Below are positions 8,575 through 18,117 of a stretch of DNA of 64,000 nucleotides, piece after piece (the first letter of the stretch is position 1; each line of letters begins with the position of its first letter). A model generated the notes under the pieces. The model was not told the origin of the DNA. It searched no databases and saw nothing but the letters and a program-made list of their open reading frames with translations. The stretch comes from a virus, in IMG/VR virus record IMGVR_UViG_3300011115_000844, positions 1-64,000 of that record; one strand, 5' to 3'. The position numbers and the translations under genes were made by a program.

Positions 8575-9354
8575 ATGAAAACGATTAAAAATGTAGGTAG
8601 TGTTATAAAAAGTCAAGAATTTCTCCCAAAGCATAAAGAAAAGTATTTGTTATCACTTATTGAAAAGAATGCAGGTAACGGATATTTAAGACAAGGTAAT
8701 TTTTCAAACGAAGTAGTTTGGGATGGTAAGTCATATCTATTTAGCAGTAAAGCAAAAAATGATGTAGGGTTTAAAAAAGGTTTGTTTCTTTTTGGTATGG
8801 TAAGAAAAGATGCAAAGAACTTTTTAAAAGTTTTTGAAGAACTTGAAATGCCTACAATTAACCCCGTAAATGATTATAACGAAAAATTTAATAAATTTGA
8901 CCAAAAAATAACGGGTACAGACCTTAACCATGCTTATTGGAGAATAGCTTTTAATTTGGGTATAATTAGGAATGAAACCTACATTAAAGGTTTAGATGAT
9001 GATTTTAAAACTGTAAGATTATCAGCATTATCTACACTTGGAAAGGGCAAAGATTATTTCGTTATTAAGAATGGTAAAGTAACAAATGAGGTTGTAAAGA
9101 TTGGTGTTGATGATGCAATGGATAACTTGTACAAAGTAATAAGATTCACTTGTTATGAGTACATGAATGTTATCAAAGAAATGCTAAAAGAAGATTTTGT
9201 TTGTTATAGAACCGATTGTGTTTACTATGTGGACACAAAAGAAAACAGAAAGTTAGTAAGGGATTTTTTTAAAAAATTAAAAATGAGTTACAAGCAACTT
9301 TATGTAAATAAAAAAACCTTACACGAGCAAGGTTTTTCTAAATCAAAAAAGTAA
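8575..9354 (+). CDS. Minimal family-B DNA polymerase-like palm protein
   Basis: DLNHAY (motif A-like), RLSALSTLG (motif B-like), YRTDC (motif C-like); no exonuclease domain seen. Confidence 0.5.
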   Translation: MKTIKNVGSVIKSQEFLPKHKEKYLLSLIEKNAGNGYLRQGNFSNEVVWDGKSYLFSSKAKNDVGFKKGLFLFGMVRKDAKNFLKVFEELEMPTINPVNDYNEKFNKFDQKITGTDLNHAYWRIAFNLGIIRNETYIKGLDDDFKTVRLSALSTLGKGKDYFVIKNGKVTNEVVKIGVDDAMDNLYKVIRFTCYEYMNVIKEMLKEDFVCYRTDCVYYVDTKENRKLVRDFFKKLKMSYKQLYVNKKTLHEQGFSKSKK

Positions 9355-9387
9355 AATTTTAAAAAATAAAATTAGAATTACAAATCT

Positions 9388-9594
9388 ATGAAAAAAAAGT
9401 TATTAAGTATTTTTTGGTTGTCTGTATTGTATGTTATTATTTATTTTTTCTGCGTTCTATTACAGATAGTATATTTAAACATGAATTTTTGGTTATCATT
9501 AGCATTTAACTTAGTATCAGTATTTACTTTGATTTTTATTGTAGATTTGATATTAAAAAAATTCACAAAAGATGATAAAGACATACAAAAATAA
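9388..9594 (+). CDS. Small membrane protein (2 TM)
   Basis: Two hydrophobic helices. Confidence 0.55.
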   Translation: MKKKLLSIFWLSVLYVIIYFFCVLLQIVYLNMNFWLSLAFNLVSVFTLIFIVDLILKKFTKDDKDIQK

Positions 9595-9850
9595 AAACGG
9601 CACTCCTATAATAAGAAAGTGTGGAAATTGTATCAGCTATAAAACAATAGAAGATAGTCACAATGCAGGTTATTGCATAAAAAATCAATTGCTATTTGCG
9701 TTTACACATGAAAAAAGTGTTTATGCAATTGTAAAAGATTTTTACCTATGTAATCAGCATAACTTTTTAAATGAAGAGATATTAAAGAATGAAAGCGAAG
9801 AAGTTGATTTGATTAACTTTTTACATCAAAGGAACGCAAATAAAAAATAA
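9572..9850 (+). CDS. Cys-rich putative zinc-binding protein
   Basis: CGNC...GYC...C..H. Confidence 0.6.
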   Translation: MIKTYKNKNGTPIIRKCGNCISYKTIEDSHNAGYCIKNQLLFAFTHEKSVYAIVKDFYLCNQHNFLNEEILKNESEEVDLINFLHQRNANKK

Positions 9851-9893
9851 TAATTTATTTTGCTTATTGTTGCTTATTACTTAATTTCGCTTT

Positions 9894-10211
9894 ATGATAA
9901 ATACAGATGAATCTTTAATTTTTAATCACATATCATTATTGGGGTTGAAGTTAGACCCAAAAGAACTTGAAAGTTTTAGGGAATATATTTTTTCAAAACG
10001 AATGTTGAAGAAATATCAACTTCAATCATTGTTTGGTTTAATTTATGTTGATATAGCAAATATGCAATTCAGATTAATAGAACGTACAAAACCTAATGAA
10101 AATGTTGTTTTGTTAACTGAAATGGAAATTGAGTTTGAGTTGATATTTATTTTTAAAATGGCTAAGGAAATTGGGTTTGATATATTCTTTGAAAACAAAC
10201 ATTCCAACTAA
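9894..10211 (+). CDS. Hypothetical protein
   Basis: Operon ORF. Confidence 0.6.
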   Translation: MINTDESLIFNHISLLGLKLDPKELESFREYIFSKRMLKKYQLQSLFGLIYVDIANMQFRLIERTKPNENVVLLTEMEIEFELIFIFKMAKEIGFDIFFENKHSN

Positions 10212-10242
10212 AAAATGTAATTCATACACATAAAACAAACGA

Positions 10243-10560
10243 ATGCTTAATTATCCCGTAGAAAAAGAAGGAATACGTTTTTACAACTATTACTTCTATC
10301 AGATAGAAAAACCGATTAGTATTGAAGCCAACAACAAAGCAGATGCAAGGGTTATAATGCAAAATATCTTACCAACATTACCCGAAAAGTATAGAGAAAG
10401 TAAAATAGTTGGAGAAACGATTGTAATACCTTTAAAGGGAGTTTCTGAAAAGGTTGTGAAGGGTGTTAAGTATATTTGGGTTGGAGAACAAAAATCAAGG
10501 AATGGTTGGCTTACAGAAGAACAATACAGAAGGGCAATTGCCATGAGTAAAAGAAAATAG
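10243..10560 (+). CDS. Hypothetical protein
   Basis: Operon ORF. Confidence 0.65.
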   Translation: MLNYPVEKEGIRFYNYYFYQIEKPISIEANNKADARVIMQNILPTLPEKYRESKIVGETIVIPLKGVSEKVVKGVKYIWVGEQKSRNGWLTEEQYRRAIAMSKRK

Positions 10561-10590
10561 TTTTTATTTATAATTTTAAAACCGATTAAA

Positions 10591-11385
10591 ATGAAGTTAC
10601 CTAAGATTTCACAGTCTTTAATGAAAAACTACGTTGACTACCTTAATGGTAAAGAATGTGGCTTATTCTTTAAAGCTAATTACATTGACAAAGACCCCGA
10701 AGCACAAAGACCTCCAAGCGATGCCATGAAAATTGGTATTTACTTTGAGTATTTATGTACGGGAGCATTACCTCGCAATGGTGTAGTACCCGAACCCGAA
10801 ATGGTTTACAAGGGGAAGCCAAATGAAAAACCTTCATCTGCATACGAAAAGGCGATTGAATCTGCATCAGTATTCAAAAAAATTATTGCACACTACAACA
10901 TTAAGATTAAACAGATTGGATTAAAACTTGAACACGAAGGTGTTAATGGTATCATTGATATTCATGCTGAATGGGATGGCAAAGATGTTTTTATTGATTT
11001 AAAGTATAGTGGGTTGATTGATGATAAATGGAGTGAGATGGGATGGGATTTGGAATCGTTACACATGAAAGATAGTTTAATGATACAAGGGGTACACTAC
11101 AAGCTACTTGCTGAAAAATGTATGGGTATTACAGATATCCCATTCTACTATTTTGTATTTTCAACAACCGACCCTACCAATGTAAAAATTATTAAGCAGG
11201 AAGTTGATGAATCTAAAATGGCTTCGCATATCGTTGCTATTCAAAACATATCACAAAAGTTAACCGATAACATTCAATACGGATTTAACCCTTTGCCTTC
11301 AATGGCTAAATGTTCTAAATGTCCACTTGCACACAAATGCGATAGTGCAGTAGATTACCCACTTGTAGATGAAATCTTTTATTAA
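10591..11385 (+). CDS. PD-(D/E)XK exonuclease, Cas4/RecB-like
   Basis: GIIDI...FIDLK and QGVHY motifs; N-terminal Cys plus C-terminal CSKCPLAHKC; RecT nearby. Confidence 0.8.
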   Translation: MKLPKISQSLMKNYVDYLNGKECGLFFKANYIDKDPEAQRPPSDAMKIGIYFEYLCTGALPRNGVVPEPEMVYKGKPNEKPSSAYEKAIESASVFKKIIAHYNIKIKQIGLKLEHEGVNGIIDIHAEWDGKDVFIDLKYSGLIDDKWSEMGWDLESLHMKDSLMIQGVHYKLLAEKCMGITDIPFYYFVFSTTDPTNVKIIKQEVDESKMASHIVAIQNISQKLTDNIQYGFNPLPSMAKCSKCPLAHKCDSAVDYPLVDEIFY

Positions 11386-11402
11386 TAATTAAACAAAAAA
11401 AA

Positions 11403-11612
11403 ATGATTAAAAATTTTATTTTTAGCACTTTAATTGGTGCGTTTGTATTCGGATTATTTTACCTACTTGGTTCATTTTATTCAGTTAGTTTTAACATAAG
11501 CAAATGGAATTTCGGAACAATAGGTTTTATTTCTGCAATTGGTGGAATGTTTGCAATATTTTCTATGATAATTGCTTTTATTTTTAACTTAAATGAAAAA
11601 TTAGAAATATGA
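11403..11612 (+). CDS. Small membrane protein (2 TM)
   Basis: Two hydrophobic helices. Confidence 0.6.
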   Translation: MIKNFIFSTLIGAFVFGLFYLLGSFYSVSFNISKWNFGTIGFISAIGGMFAIFSMIIAFIFNLNEKLEI

Positions 11613-11809
11613 CATCAATAAAATGGTTAGAAGAGAAATTTAAAATATATCTCCCTTCAATACATCAAAAAGGACTTGAAAATGCTTTTGAACAAGCCAA
11701 AGAAATGCACGAAAAGGAAGCATTTGAATTTTGGAATGGTGGTATTAATAGTACAGAAGAGGGAGGTAAGTCATTTGAACAATATTACAATGAAAAACTA
11801 AAAATATGA
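11609..11809 (+). CDS. Hypothetical protein, stand-alone WL/QAKEM module
   Basis: Paralogous to the N-termini of 3277 and 3757. Confidence 0.7.
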   Translation: MTSIKWLEEKFKIYLPSIHQKGLENAFEQAKEMHEKEAFEFWNGGINSTEEGGKSFEQYYNEKLKI

Positions 11810-12057
11810 AAAAGAAAAAAGAAGAAAAACAAACAAAGTTTGAAGGTGTAATTGAACACTATCACGATTCAACTCCATTTTATATGGTCTTTGTAGATGG
11901 TGCTATTCATTCACCAAAAGTAAAACATGAAAAATACGAAGATGCTTTTAGTGAAATGCTACGATTATCAAAACAAGAAAATAAAAAAGCATACATTATG
12001 ATTTCGGTTTCACAAGTGGAGCAAATTCCAAATGTCAAATTATTTAATTTACCATAA
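11806..12057 (+). CDS. Hypothetical phage protein
   Basis: Operon ORF. Confidence 0.65.
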   Translation: MKKKKEEKQTKFEGVIEHYHDSTPFYMVFVDGAIHSPKVKHEKYEDAFSEMLRLSKQENKKAYIMISVSQVEQIPNVKLFNLP

Positions 12058-12076
12058 AAAATTTAAACACAAAATC

Positions 12077-12340
12077 ATGAAAAAATTTAGAAAAAAACCC
12101 GTAGTAATTGATGCAATACAAGTTATTGATAACTTTAAATGTCTTATTGATATTCCAATTTCTGATAGCAAAAATTGGAGTATAGGTGCTGATGATTTAG
12201 GATTTTATATACTAATCCCAACACTTGAAGGAGATATGAAAGCAAGGAATACCGATTGGATTATAAGAGGGGTAAATAATGAATACTATCCCTGCAAAGC
12301 CGATATATTTGAAAAAACCTACGAAATATTTAATAACTAA
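12077..12340 (+). CDS. Conserved phage protein (RKKPVVIEA/TLEG type)
   Basis: FRKKPVVIDA, IPTLEG, DWIIRG, YPCK.DIFEKTY. Confidence 0.8.
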   Translation: MKKFRKKPVVIDAIQVIDNFKCLIDIPISDSKNWSIGADDLGFYILIPTLEGDMKARNTDWIIRGVNNEYYPCKADIFEKTYEIFNN

Positions 12341-12353
12341 AAACTAAAAAAAA

Positions 12354-12905
12354 ATGAAAAAATTATCAATGTTTTTGGCAATATGTTTATTGTCTATTGT
12401 TACCTATTCTCAATCAGTATTTGGAGTACAAGTTGATGGAAACAAAACCGATGTAGTTAATAAGTTTAAAGCAAAAGGTTTTAAAATACCTATTACTCCA
12501 AGTGCAACTGCCACTTCTTTACAAGGTTATATTGATGGAGTTAAGTACGATATAGTGGTTTGCAATACACCGATTACAAAAAAAGTATGGAAAATAGCCG
12601 TTTATTTACCCGAACAAAATAATTGGTATGATTTAAAAAATACTTACGAAAAGTTTTACGAATTATTTGTAAAAAAATATGGTGAACCAATTAGTTCTTA
12701 TGCTTCTTTTTCTTCTCCATACGAAGAAGGCGATGGGTATGAAATGACTGCCGTAGCAGTTGAAAAATGTAATTATAGTGCTTTTTGGGGTGAAGTTTGG
12801 ATGACTGTTTCTAAGTTTAAGCAAATACAACTTAATTATGAAAATATAGTAAACTCTGAATTATTAGATGCCGAAAAAGAAAAATTAAACACAAAAAACT
12901 TTTAA
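12354..12905 (+). CDS. Secreted protein of unknown function
   Basis: Signal peptide ending TYSQ. Confidence 0.65.
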   Translation: MKKLSMFLAICLLSIVTYSQSVFGVQVDGNKTDVVNKFKAKGFKIPITPSATATSLQGYIDGVKYDIVVCNTPITKKVWKIAVYLPEQNNWYDLKNTYEKFYELFVKKYGEPISSYASFSSPYEEGDGYEMTAVAVEKCNYSAFWGEVWMTVSKFKQIQLNYENIVNSELLDAEKEKLNTKNF

Positions 12906-12906
12906 A

Positions 12907-13545
12907 ATGCAACACGAACCAACCAAATACCAAATACCTTATTCTATCAATCTTAATAATACTGAATTTCAAAATACAGTTGACAAGTTGGTTAATGAGC
13001 ATGACTTTACAGAAATAGTAGAAACGGGTACTTACAATGGCTTAGGTAGTACACAAGTATTTGCCAAAACAAACAAGTATGTATTCAGTATTGAATGCAA
13101 TTACAACAACTTTTTAAACGCAAGTAAAAACTTAGCCATGTACGATAACGTATGTGTAATACATGGGTTATCATTAAATAGAAATGCTCTTATTACTGCA
13201 TTGCTTGAAGAAGAATTTGACTTAGATACTACATACGATAGTAAGCACCCAAAATCATTTTACATGAGGGAAATTTCGCAAACTGTTGTTGTAGAGAACG
13301 CACTTGAATTGTTTTGCAAAAACAAAAGAAAGCAATTGGTATTCTTAGATTCAGCAGGTGGTGTTGGCTATTTGGAGTTTAAATCGTTTATGAGTATTGG
13401 CGATGCCTATTTAGAAAACAAAATTTTAATGCTTGACGATATAAACCACATTAAACACAAAAGGTCGGTTGAATTTTTACTTAAAGAAGGTCACGAAGTA
13501 AGTATTTCAAAAGATAACAGATTCGCATGGTGTATTTTTAAATAA
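12907..13545 (+). CDS. Class I SAM-dependent methyltransferase-like protein
   Basis: IVETGTYNGLGST motif I; SIE, FLDS and LDD motifs. Confidence 0.7.
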   Translation: MQHEPTKYQIPYSINLNNTEFQNTVDKLVNEHDFTEIVETGTYNGLGSTQVFAKTNKYVFSIECNYNNFLNASKNLAMYDNVCVIHGLSLNRNALITALLEEEFDLDTTYDSKHPKSFYMREISQTVVVENALELFCKNKRKQLVFLDSAGGVGYLEFKSFMSIGDAYLENKILMLDDINHIKHKRSVEFLLKEGHEVSISKDNRFAWCIFK

Positions 13546-13564
13546 TCAAAAAAAAACAATCAAA

Positions 13565-14470
13565 ATGAGCAAAACAGAAACAAATCAAATTGTAGTTTCT
13601 AAATCAAAAGAAGCTATCCAAAATTTTGAAAACTACCTTACCAATTACGAAAAGAAGGTATTGCCAAACTTATTGGAAAAACACAACATTGCGCCTTCAC
13701 AATTCGTGCAAGTAGTTTTATCTGAAATAAAAAAGAATGAGAAGCTATTACAAGCGTTTATGGAGAACCCTTCAAGTATGTTTGCCTCAATACTTGCAGG
13801 AGCAGAAGTAGGTCTTATTCCGTCTGATATGCTTGGTGAGTTCTATTTAATACCTCGTAACGTAAAACAAAGCGATGGTAAGTATAAAATGACTGTATGT
13901 CCTTTAATCGGCTATAAAGGGTTAATTAACGTGCTATTGCGTAGTGGCGATGTGGCTAAGATACATACAGAGGTTGTTTATGCAAACGATGAATTTAATG
14001 CCATATACGGATTAGAACCTAACATCATTCACAAACCAAATTTTGATAGCGAAAGGACTGCAAAAAACATTACTCATGCTTACGCAGTTGCTAAAATGAA
14101 AAATGGAGAATATCAATTTGCCGTAATGACAAGAAAGGAAATTGAAACAGTAAGAAGTATGAGTAAGTACGAAAACGATTTATACTTCAATGATAAAATG
14201 GGTATCAACCGTTGGATGGAAAGGAAAGTAGTATTAACTCAACTTGCAAAAATGTTGCCTAAAGATTATTATTCTAAAAAAGCAATTTCAATGGATGGTA
14301 TGATGGATAGTGGTGCTATGCTTACATTAGATGAAAACAATCAGATTAAAATTGTAGAATCAACAACAAGTAAACCTTCAAAGTTTAGAAGTATTTATGG
14401 TACTTTAAATGCTCCCATAACACCCGAACCGAACAAGGATGATGATTTATTAATTGATAATGCAGAATAA
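13565..14470 (+). CDS. recT: RecT-family single-strand annealing protein
   Basis: FYLIP, IGYKGL, AYAVA and MERKVVL...KMLP motifs. Confidence 0.9.
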   Translation: MSKTETNQIVVSKSKEAIQNFENYLTNYEKKVLPNLLEKHNIAPSQFVQVVLSEIKKNEKLLQAFMENPSSMFASILAGAEVGLIPSDMLGEFYLIPRNVKQSDGKYKMTVCPLIGYKGLINVLLRSGDVAKIHTEVVYANDEFNAIYGLEPNIIHKPNFDSERTAKNITHAYAVAKMKNGEYQFAVMTRKEIETVRSMSKYENDLYFNDKMGINRWMERKVVLTQLAKMLPKDYYSKKAISMDGMMDSGAMLTLDENNQIKIVESTTSKPSKFRSIYGTLNAPITPEPNKDDDLLIDNAE

Positions 14471-14500
14471 AAAATGGTGGCTTAATTGCCACTTTTTTTT
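14469..14500. terminator. Bidirectional intrinsic terminator
   Basis: GTGGC/GCCAC stem flanked by A- and T-runs between convergent operons. Confidence 0.65.
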
Positions 14501-15171
14501 TAACTGTTCATTCCTACTAAATAAGAATTGTTTGCCGAAATGGTAAATGTTTCATTAAACGTAATAGCCGATGTTGTAGTATTATTATAAATGTACGTTG
14601 AAGTAGTTAAATTGTAAATGTATATGTTAGTACCCGTTGGTATTGCAGTTGTGCTACCTTGAAAAAGTATTGTATCACCTGCAACTACGGGTATGTTTCC
14701 ACTATCGGTATTAGGTGTGCCACCCGAATAAATAGTTACTGCATTTACATATATTTTTATAAGTGAAGCAACTCCACCATAATTAAACTGATAATTTAAT
14801 GCAGTTGTTGATGCAGGATTAAATATTTGCAAAGTTGCAAATGCAACATTATTGTTGTAGTTATTTATGAATGTAGAACCTCCACTTGTTGTTATAAAGA
14901 AAAACCCAACATTTAAAGTATTTAAGGTATCGCAAATAGATTGAATTGTTGTTCCACTAAAAATTAATTGAGCAATTGTATATATTATTCCACTTGTTCT
15001 ATATTGAATTGAAATAGTGTTTTCGTTTGTAATCGTAAAACCCGTTAAATTCCATTGATATTTTGTTGTAGCATTGGTTGTGTCCATTGCATCAGCATTA
15101 TTACCTAATATGCTTATTGGTACTGTACCATTGGTATTATTGGTTATGTTAAACGATATAACTTCTTGCAT
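14500..15171 (-). CDS. Putative minor virion protein (beta-rich, N/T-rich)
   Basis: N-terminus ISFNITNNTNGTVPISILG resembles the capsid candidate's YIITVSNASNTSISNFDVLG. Confidence 0.5.
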   Translation of the reverse strand: MQEVISFNITNNTNGTVPISILGNNADAMDTTNATTKYQWNLTGFTITNENTISIQYRTSGIIYTIAQLIFSGTTIQSICDTLNTLNVGFFFITTSGGSTFINNYNNNVAFATLQIFNPASTTALNYQFNYGGVASLIKIYVNAVTIYSGGTPNTDSGNIPVVAGDTILFQGSTTAIPTGTNIYIYNLTTSTYIYNNTTTSAITFNETFTISANNSYLVGMNS

Positions 15172-15180
15172 AAATTAAAA

Positions 15181-15651
15181 TTAAAGAATATCAACGTATT
15201 GGTCAAAATAATTAGTATCGTTCATGTTCCTTTCTACTGAAACAAAATTATTGATGCCTTGTAAATCAAGTGCATCAGTAGTAGCTATCCTATCGCAATA
15301 AAGTCGGATTAGTAAGTTTGAATTGGGTAACATATTAAAACGTACATAATCTCTACCATCTATAACTATATTTTTTTCTTTTGTATCAATAAATATGGAA
15401 GGTTGAAACTGATAAGGACTGATAGCACTTATTACTGATTGCAAATTTTGATTACCACTACTATCATATTTAGAGTAATTAAACAACCCTTTAATTTGAT
15501 TTAGTATTGAAGAAAATAAGTAAACAAAAAACACATTATAAACAAATTGACCTAAACTATTCTTGAATTGAGTATAGGTAGTATTTCCTTGTACGGTAAT
15601 ACTAATTGCAGGGGTTGTATTTGTAGTAACAGTAACACCAAATGAAGCCAT
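15181..15651 (-). CDS. Paralog of the major capsid candidate (putative minor capsid protein)
   Basis: Shares TY.QF, D..GNQ, I.PYQ.Q, IDG and LPN motifs in order with 37051..37839. Confidence 0.6.
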   Translation of the reverse strand: MASFGVTVTTNTTPAISITVQGNTTYTQFKNSLGQFVYNVFFVYLFSSILNQIKGLFNYSKYDSSGNQNLQSVISAISPYQFQPSIFIDTKEKNIVIDGRDYVRFNMLPNSNLLIRLYCDRIATTDALDLQGINNFVSVERNMNDTNYFDQYVDIL

Positions 15652-16259
15652 TATTTAAACTTTTTTTTATAATACCAATAACCCAATGCAGTTGACCCTA
15701 AAACTAAAATTGCTAAAAATGTGTAATTAATTTTTTTTTTATTGCTTTGATAAAATTCAATAACATTTATCAATAATAATCTTGCATTTAATCCTAAAGC
15801 ATATTTATCTGCTTCTTTTTGACCTTCGGGAGTGCTTATTTCGTGAACCCCAAAATAGTTTCTTGTTTTTAGTTTATTGGCAAATTCTTGGGCATCTTTA
15901 ACATCCCTTAATTCATTAAACCCAATACCATTTCTTGTTTTTTTATATAGTCTTTGTATTACGTCTTTTGCACTATCAATTGGATTATTATACTTTGCGT
16001 AATAATCCCTATCAACGCAAGTACCCCCTTTTGAACAAGAATCAGACCTTTCATTTAATGGTGCGAGTGTTCCCCTTGTGGCGAGAGGTTGTTTATCTTG
16101 ACCTATAAACTTCATCCCATACATATTATTGTTGTTATTAAAGACATTAGAGCCATAGTTGGCACTTTCAAGTCTTGCTTGTGCAACAATAAGTTTTGAG
16201 GCAATTGGTGAGAAACCCTCTTGTATGGCTAAATTGTATATTTCTTGGTCTAAATTCAC
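15651..16259 (-). CDS. GH73/glucosaminidase-like lysin with C-terminal TM anchor
   Basis: AQARLES, NNMYGMK, YAKY and LK...YF motifs; TM followed by KKKFK. Confidence 0.8.
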   Translation of the reverse strand: MNLDQEIYNLAIQEGFSPIASKLIVAQARLESANYGSNVFNNNNNMYGMKFIGQDKQPLATRGTLAPLNERSDSCSKGGTCVDRDYYAKYNNPIDSAKDVIQRLYKKTRNGIGFNELRDVKDAQEFANKLKTRNYFGVHEISTPEGQKEADKYALGLNARLLLINVIEFYQSNKKKINYTFLAILVLGSTALGYWYYKKKFK

Positions 16260-16864
16260 TACTTAAATTTTAATGTTTTTTCAGTTTCATCAAAATACAA
16301 TCTGTTCAATTCATCTTGTGAAAAATTCCTACGGATATAACCTTTAAAAACTTTAGTGCTACCTGCACTTGCTTTACCCACAACCAATGTTCTTTTTAAT
16401 TCTTCAACTCCTTGTCCTTCTCTAACACCTTTTAAATTTGTGTTTCCTTCTATCGTTAAAACATGAGTGTTATCAATTATTTCTTTTACTAAAGCGACAT
16501 GACCTTGCATACATATAATATCAGCAATTTGTGGCGTATTAGTATTTAAAAACACATATCTTTTATCGCCTCTTGCATTTAAATTAATTACATTCTCTAA
16601 AGTACCACTTGTACTGCCATTAAAATTTTTTGCTAAAAATTCTCTATCAAAAGAATAAAACTGCATATACACTAATTTGCAATAGTACATACACCATGCT
16701 TGACTACTTTTCCATCCAACTGCTTTCATCATGGCTTGAAAACTTGCATCTACAAAACCTACATTTTCTGAACCTTTTACTATTCTTTCCATTTGACCAC
16801 GAAACCCTTTGCTTGTCAAAAATGGATTAAAAACTGATAATAACGGATTTGCAATATCGGGCAT
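16259..16864 (-). CDS. CHAP-domain hydrolase
   Basis: WCMYY, GHVALV, TIEGNT; shares FQAMMKAVGW with 1543..2181. Confidence 0.85.
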   Translation of the reverse strand: MPDIANPLLSVFNPFLTSKGFRGQMERIVKGSENVGFVDASFQAMMKAVGWKSSQAWCMYYCKLVYMQFYSFDREFLAKNFNGSTSGTLENVINLNARGDKRYVFLNTNTPQIADIICMQGHVALVKEIIDNTHVLTIEGNTNLKGVREGQGVEELKRTLVVGKASAGSTKVFKGYIRRNFSQDELNRLYFDETEKTLKFK

Positions 16865-16878
16865 AATCTTAAATTTTA

Positions 16879-17022
16879 TTAATTAAATACTTGATAATCT
16901 TTAGCTATGTTTTTAACTGACTCTTCATAAACAATACGGGTTTGTCTTTTTTTATAAAAATAAAAACCTAATGAAGCAATTGCTAATGTACTTGTAAGTA
17001 GTATAATTGATTTTTTATTCAT
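16879..17022 (-). CDS. 47-aa membrane protein (not in ORF track)
   Basis: MNKKSIILLTSTLAIASLGFYFYKKRQ... Confidence 0.65.
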   Translation of the reverse strand: MNKKSIILLTSTLAIASLGFYFYKKRQTRIVYEESVKNIAKDYQVFN

Positions 17023-17026
17023 AGTA

Positions 17027-17410
17027 TTAATTATTTACCATTATTTCTTTTCCTTCAAGGTCGCATACAACTAATTTGTTATCGCTTTTTCTTCTGTAAA
17101 CCTTACACTTAAATTCCTTAGCAAATTCACGATTCAATTCATCAAGAACACTTTGAGGTTCGCCATTGTTATACGCACTAATGTATGCCTTTAAACAAGC
17201 AAAACCATTTTTAACTTTTGGGTCTGTTCCCATATCCTTTGCAGTTAAAGTTGGTGCAGACATTGTTTTTCTGTCCTTTGGGTCTTCCTCTTTATCAGTT
17301 ACTTTAATATTTGTAGTAGCATTAGGTTTTTTCATCTTTGGTTTAAAGATGTAAAACAATAATATCCCACCTCCAAATACAAGCAATGCTTTCTTTTGTA
17401 AATCTGTCAT
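17027..17410 (-). CDS. Putative virion membrane protein (N-terminal TM)
   Basis: TM followed by a K-rich segment. Confidence 0.65.
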   Translation of the reverse strand: MTDLQKKALLVFGGGILLFYIFKPKMKKPNATTNIKVTDKEEDPKDRKTMSAPTLTAKDMGTDPKVKNGFACLKAYISAYNNGEPQSVLDELNREFAKEFKCKVYRRKSDNKLVVCDLEGKEIMVNN

Positions 17411-17751
17411 TACGCTTTATTTTTTTTGTATAAATAAACACCAACTAATAATGCTATACCCACTATTGCATACACACTAATACGTTGCATATCTTTATTC
17501 TTTAACGCTTCTAATTCACTTCTTTTTGCTTGTTGTAAAACTAAATACGCATCATTTACATCAGATTGTGTTACCGCACCAAATTTATTAAGCAACAAAT
17601 CTAATTTGTCTTGTAATAATTTTGCATTGTTTGTTAATTCAGCAAAAACCGTATTTGACAAACCACCTTGTTTAATTCTATCTTTTATATCCCCAAGTTT
17701 GCTTTTTAATTCATCAACAATACTAAGTTGATTATTTGTTGTTGTTTCCAT
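17410..17751 (-). CDS. Putative virion membrane protein (coiled coil, C-terminal TM)
   Basis: Start moved to METTT; TM followed by KKNK. Confidence 0.65.
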   Translation of the reverse strand: METTTNNQLSIVDELKSKLGDIKDRIKQGGLSNTVFAELTNNAKLLQDKLDLLLNKFGAVTQSDVNDAYLVLQQAKRSELEALKNKDMQRISVYAIVGIALLVGVYLYKKNKA

Positions 17752-17752
17752 G

Positions 17753-18097
17753 CTATTTTTTTGTAAGTAAGTAAAGTCCTGCCAATAAAACAATAGAACC
17801 ACCTAATATAACTATTGCAGTCGTTCTTTCCCTTTGTGTCTTTGCTAATTCCTTTGATTGAATTGATGCTACACTTTGTGCTGATTTTAAAGAGGTTACT
17901 GCATTGAATAATAATTCAAGTTTTCTGTTACTATCGTTAGTTCTTGCCAAAGAATTTTCTAACGCTTGTTTTTGTCTATTATCAAGTAGTGCATACGCTT
18001 GTTCAAACTCCCTACGTTTTTTCATGTCGGAAATCTTCGCAACAGTTTCAGCAACCTGCGTACCTACTTTTATTGCATCATCTACACCAAACGCCAT
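17753..18097 (-). CDS. Putative virion membrane protein (C-terminal TM)
   Basis: Helical protein; TM followed by KK. Confidence 0.65.
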   Translation of the reverse strand: MAFGVDDAIKVGTQVAETVAKISDMKKRREFEQAYALLDNRQKQALENSLARTNDSNRKLELLFNAVTSLKSAQSVASIQSKELAKTQRERTTAIVILGGSIVLLAGLYLLTKK

Positions 18098-18117
18098 AAT
18101 ATTTCATTTTAAATTAT

